In this document: one piece after another, positions 9,265 to 20,337 of the stretch | Layout of the letters: every line of letters starts with the position of its first letter | How positions within the stretch are numbered: position 1 is the stretch's first letter | From: Candidatus Binatia bacterium | Lineage (GTDB): Bacteria > Desulfobacterota > Binatia > UBA9968 | Direction: 5' to 3' | Assembly (NCBI GenBank): GCA_035455905.1 | Contig: DATIEH010000228.1 | Span: 1-34,463, forward strand | DNA length: 34,463 nt | Notes under the pieces: model-generated | Seen by the model: only the letters and a program-made list of their open reading frames with translations | Told to the model about the DNA's origin: nothing | Databases searched by the model: none | Translations under genes and position numbers: made by a program

Positions 9265-9969
9265 ATGAGTGAAAAGGGCAAGAACTATCGCGCTGCGTTG
9301 GAAAAAGTCGATCGGAACCAACGTTATCTACTGGAAGACAGTCTTCGGTTGGCGAAAGAGACGGCGCGGGCGAAGTTTGATGAAACCGTGGAGATGGCGA
9401 TCCGACTCGGAGTCGACCCCCGCCAGGCCGATCAAAACATTCGTGGAACTGTGACATTGCCGCACGGGATGGGCAAGAGTGTGCGCGTCCTTGCATTCGC
9501 CAAGGGCGACAAAGAGAAGGAAGCGCAGGACGCTGGAGCGGATTTCGTCGGTAGCGACGAGCTCATCAAAAAGATCAGCGACGGATGGCTCGAGTTCGAT
9601 AAAGCGGTCGCAACACCGGATATGATGGGAGCAGTCGGGCGGATCGGTAAAATCCTCGGTCCGCGCGGGTTGATGCCGAACCCGAAAACCGGGACCGTGG
9701 CGATGGATATTGGCAAGGCTGTCAAGGAAATCAAGGCTGGAAAGCTGGAATTTCGGGTGGATAAAGCCGGTATCATTCACGTGCCCGTCGGAAAGGCCTC
9801 ATTCGGTCCGGAGCAGTTGATCGATAATGCCAAAGCGGTGCTCGGGTCAATCATACGGGCGAAGCCCGCGTCCGCCAAGGGTAACTATATTAAAGGTGTA
9901 ACAGTTGCGACCACTATGGGTCCCGGGATCAAGATCGACCTCGCGCAAATCCGCGCCATGGCGGCTTGA
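9265..9969 (+). CDS. rplA: 50S ribosomal protein L1
   Basis: 234 aa with [24 protein letters not shown] and [14 protein letters not shown] motifs. Located after rplK. Confidence 0.98.
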   Translation: MSEKGKNYRAALEKVDRNQRYLLEDSLRLAKETARAKFDETVEMAIRLGVDPRQADQNIRGTVTLPHGMGKSVRVLAFAKGDKEKEAQDAGADFVGSDELIKKISDGWLEFDKAVATPDMMGAVGRIGKILGPRGLMPNPKTGTVAMDIGKAVKEIKAGKLEFRVDKAGIIHVPVGKASFGPEQLIDNAKAVLGSIIRAKPASAKGNYIKGVTVATTMGPGIKIDLAQIRAMAA

Positions 9970-10017
9970 CCGCAACTGTTCCATTATCTGAATGGCTTAT
10001 GAGTTTGGGAGAACAGA

Positions 10018-10560
10018 ATGTCTGAAGCGCCAGTCGTCCGTGCCACTCATGGTGAAAAGGCTGAAACCATTGGCGCGGTCCATGAACGGTTCATGTCAGC
10101 CAAAATGGCGGTGGTGACAGAGTATCGCGGGCTGACGGTCGCTCAGATGACGCGCCTGCGCCGTGCGATTCGGGATGCCTCGGGTGAATACCAAGTCATC
10201 AAGAACACGTTAGTTCGGCGAGCGCTGGACGGTACAGTTTTTGGCGATCTGGAAAAGCTCCTGGAAGGTCCCAACGGTTGGGTTTTTGCCTACGATGATC
10301 CGGTGGTTTTATCGAAGGCGCTCGTTAAATTTGCCGATGACCATGACAAACTGACAATCAAGGGCGGCGTCTTTGAAGGTCGGTTCATGGATACGGCCGG
10401 CGTTAAGGCGCTTTCGCAGATGCCGAGCAAGCCGGAACTGCAAGCCAAATTGCTCGCGATGATCAACGCTCCGGCGACACAGCTTGTGCGGCTCATACAA
10501 GAGCCCGGAGCGAGGGTGGTGCGGCTGCTCGAATCGGTTCGAAAAAGCAAGTCTGAATAG
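10018..10560 (+). CDS. rplJ: 50S ribosomal protein L10
   Basis: 180 aa. Located between rplA and rplL, with YRGLTVAQMTRLRR and the C-terminal helix that binds L7/L12. Confidence 0.95.
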   Translation: MSEAPVVRATHGEKAETIGAVHERFMSAKMAVVTEYRGLTVAQMTRLRRAIRDASGEYQVIKNTLVRRALDGTVFGDLEKLLEGPNGWVFAYDDPVVLSKALVKFADDHDKLTIKGGVFEGRFMDTAGVKALSQMPSKPELQAKLLAMINAPATQLVRLIQEPGARVVRLLESVRKSKSE

Positions 10561-10592
10561 CATCTTTTGATCACTAACAAAGGGGGAAGTCT

Positions 10593-10970
10593 ATGGAAGG
10601 CGTTTCTAAAGAGCAGGTGAAAGATTTCATCAAGAATATGACCTTGATGGATGCGGCGGCGCTGGTCAAGGAACTCGAAAATGAGCTTGGCGTGAGCGCT
10701 GCGGCACCCGTGGCCGTAGCGGCGGCGGCTGGACCGGCTGCGGCAGCCGCGGAAGAAAAGACTGAGTTTAATGTCATTCTCGCCGAAGCTGGCGAGAAAA
10801 AAATTCAAGTCATCAAAGTGGTCCGAGAACTTACCGGTCTCGGGTTAAAAGAAGCGAAGGATCTTGTCGACGGAGCGCCCAAGCCCGTCAAAGAAGCGGT
10901 GCCGAAAGCAGAAGCGGAAACCATCAAGAAAAAGCTCGAAGAGCAGGGCGCGAAGGTCGAAATCAAGTAG
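10593..10970 (+). CDS. rplL: 50S ribosomal protein L7/L12
   Basis: N-terminal dimerisation helix, Ala/Pro-rich hinge ([20 protein letters not shown]), and a C-terminal domain with [19 protein letters not shown] and a KVEIK end. Confidence 0.98.
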   Translation: MEGVSKEQVKDFIKNMTLMDAAALVKELENELGVSAAAPVAVAAAAGPAAAAAEEKTEFNVILAEAGEKKIQVIKVVRELTGLGLKEAKDLVDGAPKPVKEAVPKAEAETIKKKLEEQGAKVEIK

Positions 10971-11039
10971 ATCGCTCATAAGCAGTGCTTACCGGTAAAT
11001 TGCTGAAGAATTGTTGACCGAGTTCGACAAGGAGTGTCC

Positions 11040-14000
11040 ATGGCATTTCAAGTTGCCAATAATTTACGATTTCGTCGCAGTTTTGGGAGGATCCGGAAAA
11101 TCATCGATCTTCCTTACCTGATTGAGATTCAGAAGAATTCTTACGAGCTGTTTTTGCAAAAAGACGTGGCGCCGATGGAGCGCCAAAATATCGGATTGCA
11201 GGAGGTTTTTAAGTCGGTTTTCCCTATAAAGGATTTCAATGAGACGGCATCTTTGGAATTTGTCAGCTATTCACTCGGTGAACCCAAGTACGACGTCGAG
11301 GAATGTCACCAGCGGGGCATGACCTTTGCCGCTCCGCTCAAGGTTACCGTGCAGTTGGTGCTCTGGGATATCGACCAGCAAACCGGCGCGCGCAGCATTA
11401 AAAATGTCAAGGAGCAAGAGGTTTACTTTGGCGAAATCCCCCTGATGACGATCAACGGGACGTTTATGATCAACGGGACGGAGCGAGTGATCGTGAGTCA
11501 GCTCCATCGCTCCCCGGGAGTTTTTTTTGAGCACGATAAAGGCAAAACGCATGCTAGCGGCAAATTGCTCTACTCGGCCCGAGTGATTCCGTATCGCGGC
11601 TCATGGGTCGATCTCGAGTTTGATCCTCGGGATATCCTCTACGTGCGCATCGACCGTCGGCGGAAATTTCACGCAACGGTACTGTTGCGAGCGCTCGGCA
11701 TGACCACCGAAGACTTGCTCAATTACTACTACAAAAGCGACACGGTGGTTTTCGATGGTCGCAGGCCGGCGCTGGTTTTCAACCCAAGTCATCTCCTGAA
11801 TGCGAAGGTGAGCGCCGATGTGCGAGACCCGAAGTCCAATGACATTATTGTTAAGGAAGGGAAAAAATTTACGCGGCCGATTCTACGGCAGATGGAAGCC
11901 GCTAAGATGAAGCAGGTGCCTGTCGTCTGGGAAGACATCCTCGGTCGTGTGGCCGCCCACGACGTCGTCGATCCCCAAACTAAAGAAGTTTTGGTCGAGT
12001 GCAATCACGAAATTACCCAGGACAAGGTCGATCTCATCCGCGATAAGGGCATTCATCAGATCGAGGTGTTGTTTATCGATGATTCCAGTGTCGGGCCTTA
12101 TCTGAGAAATACGTTATTGCAAGACCGTATCAAGTCGCCGCAGGATGCGATCTTGGAAATCTATCGGCGATTGCGCCCGGGAGACCCGCCCACGGTGGAA
12201 TCGGCCACCAATTTTTTCAATAACTTGTTTTTCAACCCGGATCGCTATGATCTCTCCAAGGTCGGTCGGCTCAAGCTGAATCATCGTTTGAAGCTCAATG
12301 TTCCCCTCGAGCAGGGGACGCTGCGCAAGGAAGATATTCTCGAGGTCGTACGCTATTTGATGGAGCTCAAAAATGGCAATGGCTCGGTAGACGATATCGA
12401 CCATCTCGGCAATCGTCGCGTCCGTGCGGTCGGGGAGCTCGTGGAAAATCATTTCCGCGTCGGTCTCGTCCGCATGGAACGGGCCATCAAAGAAAAGATG
12501 AGCCTGCAGGACATCGAGACCCTGATGCCGCAGGAGCTGATCAACTATAAGCCGGTTTCAGCTGCCCTTAAGGAATTTTTTGGGTCGAGCCAGCTGTCGC
12601 AGTTTATGGATCAGACCAACCCGCTTTCCGAAATTACCCACAAGCGGCGGCTGTCCGCGCTCGGTCCCGGCGGTTTGACGCGTGAACGAGCCGGTTTCGA
12701 AGTGCGCGATGTGCACCCGACCCATTATGGTCGCGTCTGTCCGATCGAGACTCCGGAAGGGCCAAATATCGGACTGATTGCGTCGCTAACGACTTACGCG
12801 AGGGTGAATGGCTTCGGCTTCATTGAAACGCCCTATCGAGAAGTGGAAAACGGACGGGTCACCGATCGGATTCGCTATCTCTCTGCCTTGGAAGAAGAGG
12901 ATCACGTTATCGCGCAGGCGAATGCGCCGATCGATGGCCGGGGTAATTTCACCCTCGATTTAGTGTCCGCTCGCAAAGGCGGCGAGTTCGTGATGGCGCG
13001 CCCTGAAGAGATCAATTTCATGGACGTGTCGCCGAACCAGTTGGTCAGTGTGGCCGCTTCGTTAATTCCATTTTTAGAAAATGACGACGCGAACCGGGCA
13101 CTGATGGGATCCAACATGCAGCGGCAAGCGGTGCCGCTGCTCAGAACCGAAGCGCCTCTCGTCGGCACCGGCATGGAAAAAACGGTCGCGCGCGATTCGG
13201 GCGTAACGGTGGTGGCGCGACGCGATGGCCTGGTGGAAAGCGTCGATTCCACGCGCATCGTGATTAAAGCGGATAAAACGTCGGGACCGAGGGACACCGG
13301 GGTCGATATTCACAATCTGGTCAAATATCAGCGGTCAAACCAAAATACGTGTATCAATCAACGACCGATCGTGCTCGTCGGCGATCAAGTAAAAGCGGGC
13401 GAAGTCATCGCCGATGGACCCTCGACCGAAATGGGCGAACTCGCTCTCGGCCGTAACGTCGTTGTCGCACTCATGCCTTGGGGCGGCTACAACTTCGAAG
13501 ATTCAATTCTGATCAGTGAACGGGTCGTGAAAGAAGACATCTATACCTCGATTCACATCGAGGAGTTTGAGTGTGTCTCGCGCGATACCAAGCTCGGTCC
13601 CGAAGAAATTACTCGTGATATTCCCAATGTCGGTGACGAAGCCCTCATGAACCTCGATGAGAGTGGAATTATCCGCATTGGAGCTGAAGTGAAGCCCGGC
13701 GACATTTTAGTCGGCAAAATCACTCCCAAGGGCGAAACTCAACTTTCGCCCGAGGAAAAGTTGCTGCGCGCGATCTTTGGTGAGAAAGCCGGCGAAGTGC
13801 GGGATACATCCCTGCGCGTGCCTCCCGGCGTTGAAGGCACGGTGATCAACGTGCGCATCTTCTCGCGGAAAGGTTTGGGAAAGGACGAGCGCAGCAAAAT
13901 CATCGAAGATGAAGAGGTGATTCGGCTCAGAAAAGATCAACACGATGAGATTCGTATTCTTCAGGACGGCGCACTGCGCCGTCTCAAGCGGCTTTTGATC

Positions 14001-15143
14001 GGGCGGCGCTTGGCGGGTCGGATTAGCGATGACAGCCGCAAGGTGCTGCTCAACAAAGGTCAGGAGTTGACGGAAGAAGATCTCGATCAGTTGCCGATGT
14101 CCTACTGGGGAGAGATTCGCGTCGACAACGAATCCGTTGAGAACGAGCTCAGCCGAATCATCGACAGCACAACGGGCCAGGTCAATCAGATCAAGCGCGC
14201 ATTCGAAGACAAGATTGAAAAGCTCAAAGGCGGCGACGAGCTTCCGCCAGGTGTCATCAAAATGGTCAAAGTTTTTGTCGCCATCAAACGCAAGCTCCAA
14301 GTGGGCGACAAAATGGCCGGGCGGCATGGCAACAAGGGCGTTATTTCGCGAATTCTGCCAGAGGAAGACATGCCTTATCTGGAAGACGGCACGCCGGTGG
14401 ACGTGGTGCTTAACCCTCTGGGCGTTCCCTCGCGAATGAATGTCGGCCAGATCCTCGAAGCGCACTTGGGCTGGGCGGCACGGAGTCTAGGCCAACAGAT
14501 CGATGAGCTGCTGCGTACACAAAATGGTGATGGCGATACGCTGAGACGCCGGTTGAAGGATTTCCTGAATACCCGAGAGGCGAATGAGCTGATCGAGGGC
14601 GCCAAAGACCCTGAGATTTTGAAGCTTGCGGACAAATACCGAGAGGGCGTCCACATCGCCTCGCCGGTATTCGACGGCGCCGCGGAAGAGGAGATTTTCA
14701 ATCTGCTCAGAAAAGCGGGATTGCCCGCCACCGGACAGGTCACCTTATACGACGGCCGCACCGGCGAGCCCTTCGATGGCAAAGTTACCGTTGGTGTCAT
14801 GTACATCATGAAGCTTCATCATCTGGTCGATGACAAAATCCATGCGCGCTCGACCGGCCCTTACTCGCTAGTCACTCAGCAGCCGCTGGGCGGCAAAGCG
14901 CAGTTTGGCGGTCAGCGTTTGGGCGAGATGGAAGTTTGGGCTCTGGAGGCTTATGGCGCCGCATACACGCTGCAGGAAATGCTTACGGTGAAATCCGACG
15001 ACGTGGTCGGGCGAACCCGGATGTATGAGGCGATTGTCAAAGGAGACAATTTGCTGGAGCCAGGCTTGCCGGAATCTTTTAATGTTATGGTCAAAGAACT
15101 CCAGAGTTTAGGGCTGGATGTCGACTTGGTCGAGGAGAAGTAG
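11040..15143 (+). CDS. rpoB: DNA-directed RNA polymerase beta subunit
   Basis: The rifampicin cluster I motif [34 protein letters not shown] is in its wild-type form. Also present are NMQRQAVP and [14 protein letters not shown] prefer ATG 11040 (AAGGAG at 11028-11033) over the in-frame GTG 11034 used by the ORF track. Confidence 0.98.
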   Translation: MAFQVANNLRFRRSFGRIRKIIDLPYLIEIQKNSYELFLQKDVAPMERQNIGLQEVFKSVFPIKDFNETASLEFVSYSLGEPKYDVEECHQRGMTFAAPLKVTVQLVLWDIDQQTGARSIKNVKEQEVYFGEIPLMTINGTFMINGTERVIVSQLHRSPGVFFEHDKGKTHASGKLLYSARVIPYRGSWVDLEFDPRDILYVRIDRRRKFHATVLLRALGMTTEDLLNYYYKSDTVVFDGRRPALVFNPSHLLNAKVSADVRDPKSNDIIVKEGKKFTRPILRQMEAAKMKQVPVVWEDILGRVAAHDVVDPQTKEVLVECNHEITQDKVDLIRDKGIHQIEVLFIDDSSVGPYLRNTLLQDRIKSPQDAILEIYRRLRPGDPPTVESATNFFNNLFFNPDRYDLSKVGRLKLNHRLKLNVPLEQGTLRKEDILEVVRYLMELKNGNGSVDDIDHLGNRRVRAVGELVENHFRVGLVRMERAIKEKMSLQDIETLMPQELINYKPVSAALKEFFGSSQLSQFMDQTNPLSEITHKRRLSALGPGGLTRERAGFEVRDVHPTHYGRVCPIETPEGPNIGLIASLTTYARVNGFGFIETPYREVENGRVTDRIRYLSALEEEDHVIAQANAPIDGRGNFTLDLVSARKGGEFVMARPEEINFMDVSPNQLVSVAASLIPFLENDDANRALMGSNMQRQAVPLLRTEAPLVGTGMEKTVARDSGVTVVARRDGLVESVDSTRIVIKADKTSGPRDTGVDIHNLVKYQRSNQNTCINQRPIVLVGDQVKAGEVIADGPSTEMGELALGRNVVVALMPWGGYNFEDSILISERVVKEDIYTSIHIEEFECVSRDTKLGPEEITRDIPNVGDEALMNLDESGIIRIGAEVKPGDILVGKITPKGETQLSPEEKLLRAIFGEKAGEVRDTSLRVPPGVEGTVINVRIFSRKGLGKDERSKIIEDEEVIRLRKDQHDEIRILQDGALRRLKRLLIGRRLAGRISDDSRKVLLNKGQELTEEDLDQLPMSYWGEIRVDNESVENELSRIIDSTTGQVNQIKRAFEDKIEKLKGGDELPPGVIKMVKVFVAIKRKLQVGDKMAGRHGNKGVISRILPEEDMPYLEDGTPVDVVLNPLGVPSRMNVGQILEAHLGWAARSLGQQIDELLRTQNGDGDTLRRRLKDFLNTREANELIEGAKDPEILKLADKYREGVHIASPVFDGAAEEEIFNLLRKAGLPATGQVTLYDGRTGEPFDGKVTVGVMYIMKLHHLVDDKIHARSTGPYSLVTQQPLGGKAQFGGQRLGEMEVWALEAYGAAYTLQEMLTVKSDDVVGRTRMYEAIVKGDNLLEPGLPESFNVMVKELQSLGLDVDLVEEK

Positions 15144-15182
15144 TCAGGCCGAGTTGTTCTGCTGCTAGCGGAGGTAATCCGA

Positions 15183-18100
15183 ATGGAAGATCTGTTCAAT
15201 TTGTTCGAGAAGCCAAAAAATCCCCTCAGTTTCAACGCGATCAAAGTGTCCGTCGCATCGCCGGAAAAGATCCGCTCTTGGTCGCATGGCGAAGTGAAAA
15301 AACCCGAGACGATCAATTATCGGACATTTAAGCCGGAGCGCGACGGCTTGTTCTGCGCGAAAATTTTTGGTCCCACCAAGGACTATGAATGCAATTGCGG
15401 CAAGTACAAGCGCATGCGGCACCGCGGGGTGGTTTGCGAAAAATGCGGTGTGGAAGTCATTCAGTCCAAAGTCCGCCGTGAGCGCATGGGGCATATTGAG
15501 CTTGCCACACCGGTCGTCCACATCTGGTTTTTGAAGAGTCTGCCGAGCCGTATCGGCGCACTCCTCGACATGTCGCTCAAGGAAATCGAAAAGGTTCTTT
15601 ATTTCGAATCGTATATTGTGGTGGATCCTGGGGAAACTCCGCTGCAATACAAGGAACTGTTGACCGAAGCGCGTTACCGTAAGGCCGTGGAAGAATATGG
15701 GGGTAAGTTTATCGCCGAGATGGGCGCCGAGGCGATCCGCAAATTACTGAAGGCAATCGACATCGCCAAGCTTTCGGAAGATCTGCGCCAGGAAATGCGT
15801 GATGCTAACTCCGAAGTGCGGCGCAAGAAAATGGCCAAACGGCTAAAAGTGATCAACGCTTTCAGGACGTCCGGCAATCGTCCGGAGTGGATGGTCATGG
15901 AAGTTATTCCCGTGATTCCACCCGATCTTCGGCCACTGGTGCCGCTGGACGGCGGCCGCTTCGCGACGTCCGATCTGAACGATCTTTATCGTCGAGTGAT
16001 CAATCGAAACAACCGGCTCAAGCGTCTGATGGAATTGAGCGCGCCTGACATGATCATTCGCAACGAAAAGCGGATGCTGCAGGAAGCGGTCGATGCATTG
16101 TTCGATAACGGCAGACGCGGCCGTGCGATCACCGGTCAGAATCGGCGCCCGCTCAAATCCTTGAGCGATATGCTCAAGGGCAAAACCGGGCGGTTCCGGC
16201 AAAACTTGCTTGGCAAGCGCGTCGATTATTCCGGACGATCGGTGATTGTCGTTGGACCCGAGCTGCGTCTGCATCAATGCGGGTTGCCAAAAAAGATGGC
16301 CTTGGAGCTGTTTAAGCCATTTATCTACAACAAGCTTGAAGAGCGCGGCCATGTGACGACGATTAAAAGCGCGAAAAAAATGGTCGAGCGCGAGTTGCCA
16401 GAGGTATGGGATATTCTGGACGAAGTGATTCGCGAACATCCGGTTATGCTGAATCGCGCACCGACCTTGCACCGGCTCGGGATTCAGGCCTTCGAGCCCA
16501 TTCTGATCGAAGGCAAAGCGATTCAGCTCCATCCGCTCGTGTGCGCCGCGTATAACGCGGATTTCGACGGCGATCAAATGGCGGTGCATGTGCCGCTTTC
16601 CGTGGAAGCGCAAGTGGAAGCGCGGGCGCTGATGATGTCGACGAACAACATTCTCTCGCCGGCAAACGGCAAGCCGATCATCGTGCCGACCCAGGACATC
16701 GTGCTCGGGCTCTACTACATGACGCGTGATCGGGTGCACGCAAAAGGCAGCGGTCGGCTTTTCAGCAACCCGAGCGAAGTGCGGATCGCCTATGATCAAG
16801 GAGAAGTCGATATTCAGGCGCCGATTACGGTGCGAATCAATGGCGAGCGAATTGAGACCACGGTCGGGCGGGTGTTGCTGTACGAGGTTGTACCGGAAGT
16901 GATCCCGTTCAAGGAACTCAATCGCGTCATGAAAAAGAAAGAGCTCGCAAACCTGATCGATGTGAGCTACCGGCTGGCGGGGAACAAAGCTACGGTCATT
17001 TTGGCCGACCGATTGAAGGATATCGGTTATCAGAATGCGACCAAAGCGGGTATTTCGATTTCGATCAAAGACATGGTGATTCCGCCGAGCAAGGAAGAGC
17101 TGCTCAAGAAAGCCCACGACGACGTACGTGAAATCGAAGAGCAGTACAAGAACGGTCTGATTACTGATGGCGAACGTTACAACAAAGTCGTCGATATTTG
17201 GGCCGAAGTCACGGATCGTATCGCCGACGAAATGTTACGCGACCTCGGCTCAGAGAAGGTAACGGATGAGCACGGGCGCGAAATCATGACGCCGAGCTTC
17301 AACCCGATTTTCATGATGGCCGACTCGGGTGCGCGCGGCAGCGCGCAGCAGATTCGCCAGCTTGCGGGAATGCGCGGTCTTATGGCGAAGCCTTCGGGCG
17401 AAATCATCGAGACCCCGATCACCGCCAATTTCCGCGAAGGCCTGACGGTGTTGCAGTACTTCATTTCAACCCACGGCGCTCGCAAGGGTTTGGCCGACAC
17501 AGCGTTAAAGACGGCCAACTCCGGTTACCTTACCCGGCGACTGGTGGACGTGGCGCAGGATGCAGTCATTGCCGAGGAAGACTGCGGCACGATGGACGGA
17601 ATTGAAATGACACCGCTCATGGAAGGCGGCGAGATCATCGAGCCACTCGGCGACCGTGTTCTCGGGCGCGTGGCTTTGGAAGATGTCAAAGATCCGTTCA
17701 CGGGCGATGTGATCGTAAAAGCCAACCAGGAGATCAATGAGGAGTTGGTCCAGCGCATCGAGGACGCAGGCTTGGAGCGGATCAAGATCCGTTCCGTGCT
17801 CACCTGCGCATCGCGCCGCGGCGTTTGTATTATGTGTTATGGCCGCGATTTAGGACGCGGTCACATGATCAACTTGGGCGAAGCGGTCGGCGTGATTGCG
17901 GCGCAATCGATCGGCGAGCCCGGGACGCAGCTGACCATGCGGACGTTCCATATCGGTGGAACCGCAAGCCGACGCGCGGAACAGACGACCCTGGAATCCC
18001 GGAACGAAGGCACTATCAAGTTCATCAATGTGAGCACCGTTACCAACAAGGACGGCGATCTCGTCGTGATGAACCGTAACGGCGAGGTGGCCATCGTCGA

Positions 18101-19310
18101 TTATCCGGAGGGTGAGACGGGGCGCGAGCGCGCGCGTGAGCGCTACCCGGTCGTCTATGGCGCGAAGCTTAAGAAAAAGGATGGCAGCAAAGTCAAAGCC
18201 GGTGAGCTCTTGGCGGAATGGGATCCCTACACCATTCCTATTCTCACTGAGGTGAGCGGTGTCGTGAAGTTCGGTGACGTTATCGAAACGGTGACCATGG
18301 AGGAAAAGGTCGACGAGCGAACCGGGCTGTCGACTAAGGTCATCACAGATTCCAAGGACGTGGAGAAGCGCCCGCGTATTTCGATCAAAGACATCGAAGG
18401 GCAAACCGCGCGTTTGTCGGCGACATCGGAAGCGCGCTATCTCCTGCCGGTGGGAGCGCATATCAATGTTCAGGAAGGTCAGACAGTATTCGCCGGCGAC
18501 GCACTAGCCAAGATCCCGCGCGAAACCACCAAAACTAAAGACATCACCGGCGGGTTGCCGCGCGTTGCTGAACTGTTCGAGGCACGCAAGCCGAAAGAGT
18601 TCGCGGTAATTACCGAGATCGACGGCATTGTTTCATTTGGCAAGGATACCAAGGGCAAACGCAAAGTGGTGGTCAGCCCCGAGGTGGGCGAGCCGCGCGA
18701 GTATCTCATTCCCAAGGGGAAGCATATCAGCGTTCATGACGGGGATCGGATTAAAGCCGGCGAGGCTTTGATGGACGGCTCGTCGAACCCGCACGATATT
18801 TTGAACATTCTCGGCGAGAAAGCGCTGGCGAAATATCTGGTCGACGAAGTGCAGGAAATTTATCGGTTACAGGGCGTGCGTATCAACGACAAGCACATCG
18901 AGGTGATTGTCCGACAGATGCTGCGCCGTGTGCGCATCAAAGAAGTTGGCGACACCGAGTTTTTGATCGGCGATCAGGTCGAAAAGTGGCGCTTCGACGA
19001 AGAGAACCAAAAGGCGATCACCGAACGCGGTAAGCCGGCCGTCGCCGAGCCGCTGTTGCTCGGAATCACCAAGGCGTCGCTGTCGACCGAGAGCTTCATC
19101 TCCGCGGCCTCCTTCCAGGAGACGACGAAGGTGCTTACGGAAGCGGCCATTCACGGCAAAGTGGATTTGCTTTGCGGCCTTAAAGAAAACGTCATTATGG
19201 GCCGTTTAATTCCAGCCGGCACCGGGTTAACGAAGTACGCGAAGGCGGAGATCGAGATTGATGAGCCGGAAAGTCCGGGTGGTGTGACACCGGAAGCGGC
19301 GGAGGCCTGA
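15183..19310 (+). CDS. rpoC: DNA-directed RNA polymerase beta' subunit
   Basis: N-terminal zinc finger [20 protein letters not shown], catalytic NADFDGDQM, and bridge-helix and trigger-loop regions. GGAGG SD upstream. Confidence 0.99.
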   Translation: MEDLFNLFEKPKNPLSFNAIKVSVASPEKIRSWSHGEVKKPETINYRTFKPERDGLFCAKIFGPTKDYECNCGKYKRMRHRGVVCEKCGVEVIQSKVRRERMGHIELATPVVHIWFLKSLPSRIGALLDMSLKEIEKVLYFESYIVVDPGETPLQYKELLTEARYRKAVEEYGGKFIAEMGAEAIRKLLKAIDIAKLSEDLRQEMRDANSEVRRKKMAKRLKVINAFRTSGNRPEWMVMEVIPVIPPDLRPLVPLDGGRFATSDLNDLYRRVINRNNRLKRLMELSAPDMIIRNEKRMLQEAVDALFDNGRRGRAITGQNRRPLKSLSDMLKGKTGRFRQNLLGKRVDYSGRSVIVVGPELRLHQCGLPKKMALELFKPFIYNKLEERGHVTTIKSAKKMVERELPEVWDILDEVIREHPVMLNRAPTLHRLGIQAFEPILIEGKAIQLHPLVCAAYNADFDGDQMAVHVPLSVEAQVEARALMMSTNNILSPANGKPIIVPTQDIVLGLYYMTRDRVHAKGSGRLFSNPSEVRIAYDQGEVDIQAPITVRINGERIETTVGRVLLYEVVPEVIPFKELNRVMKKKELANLIDVSYRLAGNKATVILADRLKDIGYQNATKAGISISIKDMVIPPSKEELLKKAHDDVREIEEQYKNGLITDGERYNKVVDIWAEVTDRIADEMLRDLGSEKVTDEHGREIMTPSFNPIFMMADSGARGSAQQIRQLAGMRGLMAKPSGEIIETPITANFREGLTVLQYFISTHGARKGLADTALKTANSGYLTRRLVDVAQDAVIAEEDCGTMDGIEMTPLMEGGEIIEPLGDRVLGRVALEDVKDPFTGDVIVKANQEINEELVQRIEDAGLERIKIRSVLTCASRRGVCIMCYGRDLGRGHMINLGEAVGVIAAQSIGEPGTQLTMRTFHIGGTASRRAEQTTLESRNEGTIKFINVSTVTNKDGDLVVMNRNGEVAIVDYPEGETGRERARERYPVVYGAKLKKKDGSKVKAGELLAEWDPYTIPILTEVSGVVKFGDVIETVTMEEKVDERTGLSTKVITDSKDVEKRPRISIKDIEGQTARLSATSEARYLLPVGAHINVQEGQTVFAGDALAKIPRETTKTKDITGGLPRVAELFEARKPKEFAVITEIDGIVSFGKDTKGKRKVVVSPEVGEPREYLIPKGKHISVHDGDRIKAGEALMDGSSNPHDILNILGEKALAKYLVDEVQEIYRLQGVRINDKHIEVIVRQMLRRVRIKEVGDTEFLIGDQVEKWRFDEENQKAITERGKPAVAEPLLLGITKASLSTESFISAASFQETTKVLTEAAIHGKVDLLCGLKENVIMGRLIPAGTGLTKYAKAEIEIDEPESPGGVTPEAAEA

Positions 19311-19318
19311 AGCGAGTT

Positions 19319-19347
19319 TTGACAACACTGCCCTAATTTGTTAATAA
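19319..19347 (+). promoter_or_regulatory. Candidate sigma70 promoter of the str operon: TTGACA, 17-nt spacer, TAATAA
   Basis: A perfect -35 hexamer starts 9 nt after the rpoC stop. The -10 is only moderate (3 of 6 positions). Confidence 0.4.
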
Positions 19348-19360
19348 CAGGATTTCCCTA

Positions 19361-19409
19361 GAGGAGTTCAGATACCGCTGGGCTCCTCAGAAATCCAACT
19401 TATCTGAAC
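19361..19409 (+). promoter_or_regulatory. Structured rpsL 5' leader with a strong hairpin and a competing 9-bp long-range pairing
   Basis: Hairpin: GAGGAGTTCAG(19361-19371) / CTGGGCTCCTC(19378-19388), 11 bp including 2 G-U pairs. GTTCAGATA(19366-19374) is also perfectly complementary to TATCTGAAC(19401-19409), which ends 8 nt before the rpsL ATG. Confidence 0.3.
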
Positions 19410-19417
19410 GAGAAAAT

Positions 19418-19789
19418 ATGCCGACCATCAGTCAATTAGTGCGCGAAAGCCGGGAAAAACAGCGGCCGAAAAACACCGCGCCGGCTCTGCAAGGCTGCCC
19501 GCAAAAACGCGGCGTCTGCACTCGGGTGTACACGTCAACGCCAAAAAAACCGAACTCGGCGTTGCACAAAGTGGCGCGCGTGCGGCTTACGAACGGGATC
19601 GAAGTGACTTCCTACATACCCGGTGTCGGGCACAATTTGCAGGAGCACTCGGTGGTATTGATTCGTGGCGGTCGTGTTAAGGACTTGCCGGGCGTGCGTT
19701 ATCACATCGTGCGCGGCACTCTGGATTCGATCGGCGTTCAGGAGCGTCGCCAAGGGCGCTCGAAATACGGTGCGAAGAGACCGAAATAG
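19418..19789 (+). CDS. rpsL: 30S ribosomal protein S12
   Basis: [18 protein letters not shown] and [14 protein letters not shown]. The two Lys residues classically mutated in streptomycin resistance are wild type. Confidence 0.99.
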   Translation: MPTISQLVRESREKQRPKNTAPALQGCPQKRGVCTRVYTSTPKKPNSALHKVARVRLTNGIEVTSYIPGVGHNLQEHSVVLIRGGRVKDLPGVRYHIVRGTLDSIGVQERRQGRSKYGAKRPK

Positions 19790-20269
<480 letters not shown>

Positions 20270-20295
20270 TCCACTCATTGAGCGAGGCACGAAAA

Positions 20296-20323
20296 GGAGG
20301 CGGGTTGACCGCCTCCTTTTTTT
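20296..20323 (+). terminator. Canonical intrinsic terminator or attenuator between rpsG and fusA
   Basis: GGAGGCGG(20296-20303), loop GTTGA, CCGCCTCC(20309-20316), then seven T (20317-20323). An A-run precedes the stem. The fusA ATG lies 14 nt after the T-tract. Confidence 0.7.
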
Positions 20324-20337
20324 CCGCGTAGAAGAAA

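Noticed and set aside
9990-10017. TTGACC (9966-9971) followed 17 nt later by TGAATG, considered as an rplJ promoter.
   Set aside because: The -10 matches the consensus at only about 2 of 6 positions and would leave a leader of roughly 20 nt. This is not convincing without TSS data.
11034-11039. The GTG at 11034 as the rpoB start, as used by the ORF track.
   Set aside because: It immediately abuts the AAGGAG SD with zero spacing. The ATG at 11040 has proper 6-nt spacing.
11510-11528. A run of eight T preceded by the palindrome CTCCCCGGGAG inside rpoB, superficially terminator-like.
   Set aside because: The palindrome leaves a loop of 1-3 nt and only about 4 usable base pairs. The sequence encodes the conserved SPGVFF motif of the beta subunit, which explains it.
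15843-17117. A 424-aa ORF on the minus strand inside rpoC. Similar long antisense ORFs occur at 13707-14465 and 12902-13297 in rpoB, and at 17850-18461 in rpoC.
   Set aside because: These lie fully antisense to unambiguous, highly conserved genes. Their translations are Arg/His/Pro-rich low-complexity strings with no recognisable motifs. This is the usual stop-codon depletion opposite GC-biased codons.
20294-20331. The perfect SD AAGGAGG followed 4 nt later by TTG (20305), in frame with fusA. I considered it as an upstream fusA start or a leader peptide.
   Set aside because: The frame hits TAG at 20329 after 8 codons, so it is not an N-terminal extension of EF-G. The SD-like sequence is better explained as the terminator stem. 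A leader peptide cannot be supported from sequence alone.
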